Shown here piece after piece: positions 45,604 to 56,159 of a stretch of 64,000 nt of DNA; the stretch's first letter is position 1; every line of letters starts with the position of its first letter. The notes beneath the pieces were generated by a model. That model did not search any database, was not told the DNA's origin, and worked only from the letters and a program-made list of their open reading frames with translations. Made by a program: the position numbers and the translations under genes. The DNA lies in the NCBI RefSeq assembly GCF_000142905.1, contig NW_013657678.1, forward strand, positions 310,001 through 374,000, written 5' to 3'. The DNA is from Thecamonas trahens ATCC 50062 (Eukaryota; Protista; Apusomonadida).

Positions 45604-47133
45604 TTATGCGTGGTGTGCCGCGGGTGCGCTGCCTGGTGCCGGGATGACGGGGGGGACATGGTCAGACGGCGACACGTCGCTGATCATCATCATGCGCGGC
45701 CGCGACGTGGCCGACGAGGCTGAGCTCTGGACGCCCGAGCTGACACCCCACATGTCGAGCGGAAAGAGGTCATCAGTATCGACCGCGACCGAGAGTGAGA
45801 GACCCGCCGAGGCCTGGGTGGCGGTCGACGTCGTGTGGACCGAACCGTGGTCGGTGGCAGTCGAGACCTGGAGCGGACGGGTGAGCGAGCCCGAGGCCAT
45901 GAAGTCGACGGCGGTGCCGACGCCGACCGACTTGGACCGCGACCGCGAGGAGAACCGCGGCGGCATAGGCCAGTCAAAGTGGGCCGTAACCGGTGGCGTG
46001 ACCAGGTTTGAGAACGACGGCGGCATGGCGAGCGGAACGGTCGACGGTCCAGCGACGGAGCCGCTCACGGTGCCGATGGGCATGGTGCCGAACGAGGCGC
46101 TGCTGGTGAGGTTCATGCTTGTGACGAGCGAGACGCGGTCGCAGAGATTGCGGATCAAGGCCTCCAGCGACTCGAGCCGCTCAGAGATGGCGCGCACATC
46201 GGCAAGGGTGGCCGGCGTGGCTGGGCCGCGCTCGTCACCCGAGCCCGCGTTTGTGGTCGCTGCGCTTCCACCGCGCGAACCCATGGTTGGGGTGGTGGCA
46301 TCGGCAGCAAGGGTCCGCCCGCGCTTGGTGGCACGGGCCGAGTCCTCCTCCGACGATTCGGCTGAGTTACGCCGCTTGCGGCTGGCGTCGGCGACAGTCT
46401 CGGCTGAGTTAGGGAGCGGCGGGAGCGAAAGCGGCGGCTCGGCGGCGAGCTCCAGGTTCGACCGCGAGTCCGGGTTAAGCGGGTGGTTATGGCCCCCGTA
46501 AAAGTGGACGAGAAGAAAGACAATGCACCCGGTCGGCGTTTCCTCGACGGCGTGCGGGTAGTTGGTGAGGATGTAGTCGAGAAGACCCTTGCGTCGCTCG
46601 GCAGCCCGGTTGCGCCGCTTGCGTGGCTTGCCGGAGCCAGCCACCTCGCTTTCGCCCTCGTTGGTTGGTGAGGGCTCGGCCGATGGCGGGGCGGTAATGA
46701 CTGCCCGGGAGCCGCCGGCGGCTGATGCCGTCGGCACGCCCGCCTCGGCCATGAACCGTGTAAGCGGATCAACAGGCGGGCGGGCGAGGTCCGACATACA
46801 CGCGCCGCGCGATGGCGGATGCGTCGTCGGGTTAGCACACACCGTCCCATCCTTTCGCATGTCAAAGTAGGTGATGCGGAGGACGGCCGGACACTTGCTC
46901 GACTTGCCTGCGCACGAGTAGACTCGCGTCGAGCATCGCCCGCGCTTGCGGTTGCGATGCCAGACCACCCGCGGGAGCATGAGGCCTTCAAAGTGATGCG
47001 CGGCTCTGCGGACAACTGCTCCGACCCGTGCCGGCGGTGCCAGGCAGTACCATTGCACGCCCTTGGCCGTCAGACTCCGGATCGTCTCGTCATTACCGGC
47101 AAGGCCTCCCGACGGCCGTCCAGCAGTCTGCAT
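45604..47133 (-). CDS. WRKY/GCM1-fold zinc-finger protein with a long insertion; putative transcription factor
   Basis: W...RVYSC-x6-CPA, then ~133 aa later FYGGHNHP; NLS-like KPRKRR; coiled coil; S/T-rich tail. Confidence 0.6.
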   Translation of the reverse strand: MQTAGRPSGGLAGNDETIRSLTAKGVQWYCLAPPARVGAVVRRAAHHFEGLMLPRVVWHRNRKRGRCSTRVYSCAGKSSKCPAVLRITYFDMRKDGTVCANPTTHPPSRGACMSDLARPPVDPLTRFMAEAGVPTASAAGGSRAVITAPPSAEPSPTNEGESEVAGSGKPRKRRNRAAERRKGLLDYILTNYPHAVEETPTGCIVFLLVHFYGGHNHPLNPDSRSNLELAAEPPLSLPPLPNSAETVADASRKRRNSAESSEEDSARATKRGRTLAADATTPTMGSRGGSAATTNAGSGDERGPATPATLADVRAISERLESLEALIRNLCDRVSLVTSMNLTSSASFGTMPIGTVSGSVAGPSTVPLAMPPSFSNLVTPPVTAHFDWPMPPRFSSRSRSKSVGVGTAVDFMASGSLTRPLQVSTATDHGSVHTTSTATQASAGLSLSVAVDTDDLFPLDMWGVSSGVQSSASSATSRPRMMMISDVSPSDHVPPVIPAPGSAPAAHHA

Positions 47134-47649
47134 GGTTTGGCGAGACAAGGTGACGGGAGGGTGAGGAGGTAGAAGGGGGTGGGGGGGGGGGGGGGGGGCG
47201 GGGGAGGGGGGGTCGAGGGAGAGGAGGGATAAAGATAGAGTGAGAGGCAATCCTAGGCTCCCGTGGTATTGTGTGCTTCGGCTGGAAGCCGTGTGCACAA
47301 AAGGGTGGTATGCTGAGGTGGGTGTGGCGTGTTGTGCATAAAGACGTGGTGGCCACGGTGTGGTCAGCGGGCTGGATGTCGCTGAAGTGGTACCAACCTG
47401 GCTCTGTCTCGTGCCATGCTTGCATCTCCCTCCTCACTCCTTTCGCAGTCTCGATCTCATACCGCGACTTGCCCCGTCCCGAAAGCTGCAACACCATCGG
47501 ATCGGTACGGCAGCCGTGAGTGTTGAGTTTTACATTAGCTTGCCACAGCTGTAGTCGCTGCTGACCCGGCCTTCAAGGAACGGGTGCGGCGGGAACAGAG
47601 GGGAGGGGGGGGGGGGCTGATTCTGGGTCTACCGACCCCCTGACGGCGG

Positions 47650-50353
47650 CTAGGTCGATGATGAGCCAGCTGGCGACGACTCTGCTGACGACGACCCCAC
47701 CGCCGCCCGAGCCGGTGATCCATCGGGCGAGAGCGGAGGAGAGTCAGTTGCCAAGACGGTCTTCTCCCGCCCAAGGCACCACAAGCGAACGTTCTCCTTC
47801 GAGCTAAGCTCCTCAATGGCAACTGCCAAAGCTGACCTCGCCGACGAGGCATCGTCCACATTCACCAGGGTCTCGGTCACCTTTTTCCAGACCGTCCGAT
47901 TGTCCTTTGAATCGCAGGAGTACAGCTTCATGACCCCGCCCGCGCCCACAACGTCGTGCCACGCGTAGCCAGTAGGGGTCTCGTTTTTGGCCACAGCATC
48001 CATGACCGACTCGACACGCATGCCGTCGGTGACCCAATTGAACCCAACCGGATACACAGCCTCTCCAGACACGCCGGCCAGATCCCAGTCGATGACGTGT
48101 GTCTTCCCGTCGGCCCCAAACACCAAGTTGGCGTCGCGGATGTCGAGGTGGGCCACTCCGTCGTTGTCCATGCATTGGAGAGTTTTGAACAGCGACACAA
48201 AGTGCGCCACCGTCACGTAAGCCACTGCAGGCACCAGACGCTGCAGGCACCAGAACGCATGACACTGCAGGCACCAGACGCATGACTAATCCGTATTCGC
48301 GGTACCAGCGTCCGTCGCTGCCCAGCACCCGCTTGCCAGGCATACCTCCGCTGTTGGCTGCAGCACGGAGATCATCGCAGGCTGCCTGCATCGCCCAAAT
48401 GTCGTTGTCGGTTCCCTGCTGCTCTGATATCAGGTTCTCCAAGCTCGCCAGCAGCTCGTCCCGGTCCGACGGCAGCGCTTCTCTGCTTGCACCCNNNNNN
48501 NNNNNNNNNNNNNNNNNNNNNNNNNNNNNNNNNNNNNNNNNNNNNNNNNNNNNNNNNNNNNNNNNNNNNNNNNNNNNNNNNNNNNNNNNNNNNNNNNNNN
48601 NNNNNNNNNNNNNNNNNNNNNNNNNNNNNNNNNNNNNNNNNNNNNNNNNNNNNNNNNNNNNNNNNNNNNNNNNNNNNNNNNNNNNNNNNNNNNNNNNNNN
48701 NNNNNNNNNNNNNNNNNNNNNNNNNNNNNNNNNNNNNNNNNNNNNNNNNNNNNNNNNNNNNNNNNNNNNNNNNNNNNNNNNNNNNNNNNNNNNNNNNNNN
48801 NNNNNNNNNNNNNNNNNNNNNNNNNNNNNNNNNNNNNNNNNNNNNNNNNNNNNNNNNNNNNNNNNNNNNNNNNNNNNNNNNNNNNNNNNNNNNNNNNNNN
48901 NNNNNTCAACAGGCTCATCGTCGGTGGCCTTGGCCTTAAGCGCGCGGCACTTTTCAGCCTGGAGCACATAGCCGTCGACTGCCATTTTCGTCCGCACCTG
49001 CAGAGCCTTGTTGGCCCGCGTCGGGTACTCGGACCGCAGCGCCACGAGCGCCATTGTGTGTGGAAAGCCCGCTGAGGCCCGCGTGAGGTTGTGCGCGTAG
49101 CCGTAGGCCTGCTTCCTCTTGTGCATGGTGATCGGACACTGGGCCGATTTGGGATCGAATCCAGGCTCCCACAGTCCCAATGGCAGCACCATCTCGTTCT
49201 CCTCAAACGTAAACAGCACATCCACCTTGGTGCTGAGCTGGGTGTCAACTGGTCTCACCCCGTCCCAACCTTGCCCATGTGAGACCGCAATCTCCCGCCC
49301 AATGTTCATCCGGGCTGCGCTGCTGTACAGCCCGGACGTCTGCGGCTCGTGGCTACGTGACGAAGAGCTTGCGGTTCGCTTCGCACGTGCACGGTCCGTG
49401 TGGCTCGGGTTGGTCTTGACAGGTGACGCCACAGAGAATGTGCTTTGAGAGCTGGACGAGTGGAACCCAGCCCGTGTCCCTTGCTGGTTGGCAAAGACGT
49501 GACCCAGACCCTCGCACACTCGATGAGTCAACGATGACTCGAGCGCTGCCACGCCAACCGAGCCTCTGTAGAACGACTGGACCTTGTGGTTGTTGCTGAG
49601 CCCCCGAAACAGCGGTAAGGTAGCCTTGATGAGCTCGTGGCAGACTACGGTGCTTCCGATCGTGTTCGCCTTACGCAGGCCAGATGCCACAAAGCCTGTC
49701 CACGCATCCGGGATGTCATCCAGATGCTGCACTTCCAGTGAGGCCGTGCCGCTGGTCCCAAGAGAGAGCAAACCCATCACCACTTCACCCATCAGCATTG
49801 GCGCAAGAAGAAGCTCGGGCGAGGCAACCCAGCGGCTACCGGTCGGCACAACGCCCGCAAAGTGTTTGGCCCGCACTGGCTTCAAGTACGGCACCTCGAG
49901 TCTCGACGTCGGGGACACCTGTGACATCGCCTTGAGCTCCGCAATCTCGGCATCCTTGTCCGCAATCTCGGCATCCTTGTCCGCAATCTCGGCATCCTTG
50001 TCCGCAATCTGCGCTTCCAGCTCAGCCTTGGCCTGAGCCTCCCGCGCTGCAGTAGTGAGCATGAAGTCCACAAATCCAGCCACGGACAGGCTGGCCGCAA
50101 AGTTGTGACTCAGACACGAGCTGGCAACCTCAATCCAATCATCCCTAGACAGGGTCACTCCCTCGACCTCCGAAGCCGCCCGCTTCTCACAAAACGCCAC
50201 CAGAGCATCCTTGACCGTGTCGATCTCCTCCGTCTCGGCAGTCACGCCACAGTCTGCCGCAAGCATAGCTTGCCAAAGAGAAGGGGAGAGCCCACGCAAA
50301 CCTGCAGCCTGCAGCTTGTCTAGCGAGTCCCGATTCGGCGCATCAGCACTCAT
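47650..50353 (-). CDS. Crinkler-like coiled-coil + restriction-endonuclease-fold + protein kinase gene (gap-spanning, frameshifted)
   Basis: IADKDAE heptad repeat; KVDVLF...LWE...KRKQAYGY nuclease-like motif; kinase HLDIRDANLVF, IDWDLA and HDV. Confidence 0.6.
48495..48905. other. Assembly gap
   Basis: Run of N. Confidence 1.
49939..50010 (-). repeat. 21-bp coding tandem repeat (IADKDAE) x3
   Basis: CCGCAATCTCGGCATCCTTGT repeated three times on the + strand. Confidence 0.9.
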
Positions 50354-51036
50354 CCCGACTAGTATGTTCGCGAGGTGAGTGTGCGACGTCGAGCGCGTGC
50401 GCTCCGGAAAAGGTCGTGAACCACATTCGCCGGCCTTGTGACAGCTACCACGATCGATCGCCATTCGGGTCAAAGCCCCACGCCCGGCCCGGCTGGCCAT
50501 GAGCCACGACATTGAAGCTATGCGCTGCGCTGCATATGTATGGGAGGATGACAGCACATGCAAGGGTATGCGTATGAAAGGGGAGGAGGAGGAGGGGGGA
50601 GGGGGGGTAGAATGTAGAACGGCTTGCCCACGCTCTCGCGCTTGGCGCGGTGTGCCATGCGCCCTCGTCCCACTCTAGGGATGCGTTGCACTACGTTGCG
50701 CCGCACCCTCCGCTATGGGTTGCTTACTCTGGGATGGAGCCCCCTTCGCAGCGAGGGAAGTGCTGGTGGTGCTGGCGCTGGTGCCGCCGGCCAAAGACAG
50801 AACGAGCCGCCAGGGGAGTCCGCCACTCGCTCCGGCTGCTGTTCAACTCGTTCGGCCTCGACACGAGGCCACAGCGGACGGTGTCGGTGGCATAACAGGC
50901 GGGTGCAGGACACTTGACCGACAAAGTCAAGGTTGCGGCTTGTGGAACGTGGGAAGAGGGCCAGAAGGTGCTTCGCGCTCAAAGGCGGTCAAGCAGATCA
51001 AGCAGGTCGAGCCAGTCGAGCACGACAGGCGGCGAC

Positions 51037-52092
51037 ATGGCGGCGATGGACGAGGCGATGGTCAAGATGGCGGCAGAGCCACCGACAATGGCAGAGACCG
51101 CCGGGGGAGGTGACGGCGTGGGAGGGGCGAACGGCGGTCACGGCGAGCATGAGTCAGACTCGGAGTGGATCCAGCTCAACGTGGGTGGAACGATGTTTGC
51201 GACGACGAGGACAACGCTGCGGATGGAGCCGTCGTCGATGCTGGCGGCGCTGGCGTCGGGCGAGTGGGTGTCGACCAAGGACGAGACCGGAGCCATTCTG
51301 CTGGATCGAGATCCAGCGTTCTTTGGGCCGATTCTCAACTACCTCCGCATGGGTAAGCTCATTGTCTCGCCCAGCATATCGTACAAGGGCGTTCTAGAAG
51401 AGGCCAAGTTCTTCGACCTTCCGTCGCTGGTAGCGCTGCTCTCGCCGTTGAGCGAGTCAAAGGGCGAGGCGCAGCGCAAGCATGTGACGACGTACACGAC
51501 GATCAAGCACACAACGCGATCACACGATTCCCAGTTTCAGTACTCGGTGTACCCCATTCTGGTCAAGGGTCCGATCGAGCCGGCAGCCATGTCGTTTCTC
51601 AATGGCGGCACATACCCGCCAGCGGTGCGGGTCTTTCCGGCGTCGACAGTGTACGGCGATCCGCGCGAGGGCTGGTACATCAAGAACCACTCGCTGGCTG
51701 ACGTGTTCAACACGGCGGCCGCGTGGGGCTGGGAGCTGATGACGTCTTCGGGTGATGGGTCTGGCGGCTCGTGGGGTCAAGAATCGTCGCACATCTTTGT
51801 TTTTCGCAAGGTCATCAGCGTGGGAGCCGATCCGCATGTGGCAGCTGCTGTGGCAGCTGCACACGCAGCCGAGCCGCCAACAAGCCCATCACACCACGAG
51901 CGGACGTGGTCAAGCGGCTCGGCGAGCTCAGCGCGGGCACGCGGGGAAAGGCAAAGCCCTGCACGTCCGGCGCGGTCGCGGCGTGCGGGACAGCTGGCCG
52001 TCTCGTCGCGGCCAATCACCGGGGTAGAAGTTGTGTCCATCACAGACGAGACGCACACCGAGCCCGAGCTGGACTCGTCGTCGTCATCATAA
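51037..52092 (+). CDS. KCTD-type BTB/T1 domain protein
   Basis: IQLNVGGT.F.TTR.TL, LDRDP..F..ILNYLR and LEEAKFF; C-terminal GWEL...HIFVFRK domain. Confidence 0.85.
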   Translation: MAAMDEAMVKMAAEPPTMAETAGGGDGVGGANGGHGEHESDSEWIQLNVGGTMFATTRTTLRMEPSSMLAALASGEWVSTKDETGAILLDRDPAFFGPILNYLRMGKLIVSPSISYKGVLEEAKFFDLPSLVALLSPLSESKGEAQRKHVTTYTTIKHTTRSHDSQFQYSVYPILVKGPIEPAAMSFLNGGTYPPAVRVFPASTVYGDPREGWYIKNHSLADVFNTAAAWGWELMTSSGDGSGGSWGQESSHIFVFRKVISVGADPHVAAAVAAAHAAEPPTSPSHHERTWSSGSASSARARGERQSPARPARSRRAGQLAVSSRPITGVEVVSITDETHTEPELDSSSSS

Positions 52093-52117
52093 GACATGGC
52101 ATGGGGGGCATGATGAT

Positions 52118-53568
52118 TTAGGGAGCCGGAATCGGCGCAATGCCCTTGCGATCCTCCTCTTGGGCGATGACCCAGTCTGCGCCTGCTTCTTTGCGCAGGT
52201 GGCGAATCTCCTTGGCGGTGTACGAGCGACCATCGTAGTGCCCGCCAAAGGTAACGTTGAGGTTCTTGCGCGAGCCGCCGCGCTGGAGAACAACCGGCTC
52301 GGACTCACCGGGGAAGGCCTCGGCCATGACTCGGTCAAAGTCTTCATGGTCGTTGGTCTGCATGGCGCCGATGGATAGGATGGCGTCTCCGGTTTTGAGA
52401 CCGGCGGCCTTGGCAGCCTTACCCGGCAGTACGTCGGTGACGGCGACGCCGTCCTCGTCGACCGAGTTGGAAACAACAATGCCAAGGGTAGGACGCATCG
52501 AAGTGAGAACGCGGCGCGCCTCGGCAACGCGCTCAGTCTTTCCGGGCTTTGACGACCGCTGCGTGGTCGGCGCCGGCACAATCGGGAGGTTGACGCCGTC
52601 GTCCGACTCGGACTCGATTCGAGTGGTCCGGGTCTGGCGGCGCGCGGGCATACGGTAGAGGAAGAAGAGGCACGCGGCAGCCGCAATGAGGAAGGCAGCA
52701 ACAAGAGCGTCAAAAACGCATGTGGCGATATACTGCGGGCCCTTGCACGAGTACGTGGCGAGTGAGCACAGACGATCGCGGGCGTCGCGGACGTCGACCG
52801 AGTCGATGACTGTTGCCGCCACCGCCAGAAAGCCGGTAAAGAGGAGAAGGACTGCCAGCGGGAAAGCCAAGGCCTTGTTTCCACGCCAAACGCTTACCAT
52901 GCCGGCCATCGTGAGCATAATCGCCAACAGCGACGTTCCGTACCGCAGCCGCTGGTTGACTAGGGCCCAGCCGCCGACCTCGATGACGTTACCATCGGCC
53001 TTTGCCTTGAGATCCACAGGTCGATCAAACTCGAACCCATCATACTGCGAAAGAGTCAGACTCAGCAGCACCACACCACATGCCTGTATCGGGGCCAGAA
53101 GAAAGTGATGACGACCCGGTAATGCGCGTTTGGTGTTCTGTGTGAGTCTCGGGGTGACGTTTCGGCTACCGAACAAAGATGGCAAATGAACAAACGGCAG
53201 CAACCAAGGGGAGGAGGGGAGAAAGGGGGGGGGGGGGGGGGGCCTACCCAGGTGAAGCACAGCACAATTAGAGTGGGAAGCTGCAGTGCGCGCTTTCCAT
53301 AGTATGTCTCAAAGTATGTAGAGGAGTGTGAGTGGACGAGTGGTCGGTAGGGTGTCGACAGGTGGGTTGCGGTTGAGGGCGAAGCGGCACGACTTGGCGG
53401 AGGTGCGGGCGACTGGCTGGGTGCAGAGCGATTGGAAAAGGCGGATGGGTTGAGAGTTTGACACGGGTCCTTGTCTGCAGTAGTGATGAGTTGGCCACAA
53501 CAGTTGCCACGCGCTTGAGATTGGATCAAGTCGTGTGAGTCCGCCGAGAGCAGTAGCCACACCACCAT
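52118..53568 (-). CDS. Multi-pass membrane protein with C-terminal PDZ domain; intron 53247-53045; start uncertain
   Basis: Several hydrophobic helices; LGIVV...VTDVLPGKAAKAAGLKTGDAILSI PDZ; phase-0 GT-AG intron. Confidence 0.65.
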
Positions 53569-53701
53569 GCGGCTAGGCTCGCTCAATGGCCGACGAGAAA
53601 TCCTCCGAATGGAGGACAGACACCATCAGGTCCCTGCATAGCTGTGTTGCGGCGGGAGCCATGAGAAAAATAGCGGTAGCCGTGGAGCCACCATGCGCAG
53701 C

Positions 53702-53747
53702 GGGCGCGATTGGGCGCAGCGGGCGCGATTGGGCGGGCGCGATTGGG
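53702..53747. promoter_or_regulatory. Three copies of GGGCGCGATTGGG (CCAAT box on the minus strand)
   Basis: Exact 13-mers at 53702, 53721 and 53735 in a divergent intergenic region. Confidence 0.55.
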
Positions 53748-53858
53748 TGCGGTGGGCTCAATAGGGCGGACAGAACACCGCTAGGCCACTTCTGCTCCGA
53801 CTGCGTAGCCTGTTTGGTTGTCTGCTCTACGCGGTCACCTGACTCGCACTCGAGCGAC

Positions 53859-55901
53859 ATGGCCAACAATACGGAACAAAGGCAGGGCCCTCCTGGTCTC
53901 AAGAGACACTCGCTGACGTGGGTGGGTGGGGAGGAGGGGATGGTATGCGTGTTTGGTGGCGATAACTCGCGGGCGGCAGAGGACTACATGTGGGTGGTTG
54001 GGGTTCATGCAGCTGCTGATGGTGGCTGGTTGAGCATTAGAGGCCGTGGGAGGGAGGCCGAGCCCGACCACAAGCCGAGCAGTCGCTACTTTCACACTGC
54101 AAGCTATGTGGCGGATGCCCGCGTCATCATTGTCTTTGGCGGCTTTGCAGCCGGCGCTAATCTCAACGATGTCTACGCCTTTGATGTAGAGACGCGCGAG
54201 TGGATCGATGCCAGCGTGGAGGACGATCCCATTGCTGGCCGGCCGGACAGCCGCTCGGGGCACGCGGCGACAGTTGTTGGAGGCAATGCGGTCGTTGTGT
54301 TTGGTGGCTTCTCGGGCACAACGCGCCTGGCAGACACGTGGCGCCTGGCGGTGGCGAGGACCGAAGGTCCGGGATCCGACGTGCGCCTGGTGTGGAAGAA
54401 GCTACTCGACAACGGCGGCGGCTCTGGCCCGCCGCCGACATGCAACACAGATGTAGCATACGATCCCGAGTCTGATGTTGTGTACCTCTTTTCGGGCCAT
54501 GCGGGTGTGGCGTCGTCGGCAACGTTGTATGCGCTCGACGGTGCCAGCCGCGATGCACCGGCGTGGCGACGTGTGGCTACCTGTGGCATGGAGGTTGAGC
54601 GCCGGACCGGCCATACACTCCACTGGTATAATGGTGCTGTTTATGTCTTTGGCGGCGAGTCCAGTGCCCAGCTCTGTGCGACTCTTCTCCGTTGTGACGT
54701 GGCCGAGGGCCGATGGGAGGTGGTCGACACAACGCCGGTGAACTCCCGTTGCTTCCATGCCGCCGACGTCGATAGTTCCACAGGAACTCTCCTGGCTATG
54801 GGAGGAACTATGGTGGACGGGCTAGATCAAGGGCTGGTCCGGGTTCATCTCCCGCCACTGCCACACAAGCTCTCGCTGGCGGATGATCTCGACACAGCGT
54901 TTGCCGCACTTGCCCCAGAAGCGCGGAATGAAACTCCTTTTGGAGTTCCTATGGCTCTGAGCGGCGGTGTTACGCCGGCATCTGCCTCTGGGTGGCCTGC
55001 TCGTTGCTCTCTTGTGGGCACGATTCTTGCTGAGTACATTGCAGTTGGGGCGAGCAAGACGCTGCATGCTGATGACGGACGGGTGTCCGTCATTGACGCT
55101 GCACGGGTGTACTCAAGTGCTCTGGATGCAGGCCTCGACGCCTTTGCCAACCATGTGGCAGTCACATGCCTCTTAGATCCGCCTGGGGCATGGGACGAGC
55201 TCTTGGCTTCGTCCGAGCTGGGCAGCCTCGGACCCACTGCACTTGCCGGCCTCATGCGAGCCCATGCCTCACGGCCTCCTGTCTTCGGCCAGCAGGCACT
55301 GAGGATTGACCGAATGAGGCAACAGTTGGAACACGCTGCCGAAACCGGCGACTACGACCTTGTGGCCAACGATGGGACTCGGATTCGGGTCCACACCTTT
55401 GTGCTCTGTGCGCGCTCGCCGATGTGTGCTGCCCTCATTGGTGGGGCCGGCTTGCTCATGGCCGAGGGTGCAAGCGACGATTGGCAGGTTCGACTTGGCG
55501 AAGCAGCTGAGCCGCTTACGGCTACCGCGCTCCAGGCGCTTGTCGAGTTCATATACACCGGCTCTGTTGATCTTGTTCTTGCCGATGCTACTGTTGCTGC
55601 CTCGCTCGTTCAAGCTCATGCCTACCTTGGTTTCCGGTCTGAGGTTCTTCCGAGCGCTGTCCAAGCGTCAATGGACGGCATTGGAAGCGGCTTGAGTGCG
55701 CTTGTTGCCGCCATCGACGCTGCTAAGCGAGCTGGGGGGCCTCAGATTGTTGACGGGCTTCTGGCACAGATTGCTGCTGTGGTAACAGGATCAGCTGACC
55801 CGCGCAGTCTCAGACCTGAACTTGAGCGACTGGATGCAGAAGAACTTGTCTCCCTTGTCTACGCTGTGGCAGACATGGCGGATGGTAATACCGATGAATA
55901 A
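53859..55901 (+). CDS. Kelch-repeat + BTB protein (LZTR1-like Cul3 adaptor)
   Basis: Kelch repeats R.FHTA/RSGH...VFGG; BTB motifs RVHTFVLCARS and LVEFIYTG. Confidence 0.8.
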   Translation: MANNTEQRQGPPGLKRHSLTWVGGEEGMVCVFGGDNSRAAEDYMWVVGVHAAADGGWLSIRGRGREAEPDHKPSSRYFHTASYVADARVIIVFGGFAAGANLNDVYAFDVETREWIDASVEDDPIAGRPDSRSGHAATVVGGNAVVVFGGFSGTTRLADTWRLAVARTEGPGSDVRLVWKKLLDNGGGSGPPPTCNTDVAYDPESDVVYLFSGHAGVASSATLYALDGASRDAPAWRRVATCGMEVERRTGHTLHWYNGAVYVFGGESSAQLCATLLRCDVAEGRWEVVDTTPVNSRCFHAADVDSSTGTLLAMGGTMVDGLDQGLVRVHLPPLPHKLSLADDLDTAFAALAPEARNETPFGVPMALSGGVTPASASGWPARCSLVGTILAEYIAVGASKTLHADDGRVSVIDAARVYSSALDAGLDAFANHVAVTCLLDPPGAWDELLASSELGSLGPTALAGLMRAHASRPPVFGQQALRIDRMRQQLEHAAETGDYDLVANDGTRIRVHTFVLCARSPMCAALIGGAGLLMAEGASDDWQVRLGEAAEPLTATALQALVEFIYTGSVDLVLADATVAASLVQAHAYLGFRSEVLPSAVQASMDGIGSGLSALVAAIDAAKRAGGPQIVDGLLAQIAAVVTGSADPRSLRPELERLDAEELVSLVYAVADMADGNTDE

Positions 55902-56159
55902 CAAAGAGGGACCTGCATGCCAGCACTGCAGAACAGATGCTGGATCTTGTTTGCTCTGTTGATCGTTGCAGGAGACATGGTGTAGTGTGAGCTCGTCAGT
56001 GGCGTGAATTGTGAGCTACGATCCGCGAACGGCTCCCGTTCGGTGTGCGAAGCGGTCTACACCTGTGGCGTGCATCACCACCACGGCACTCTTCCGCACA
56101 CCAAGGGCTTGCCTGCCTGTGGATTCTTTTGGGCAGGAGGGTGGTGAGGAAGAAGGGGA

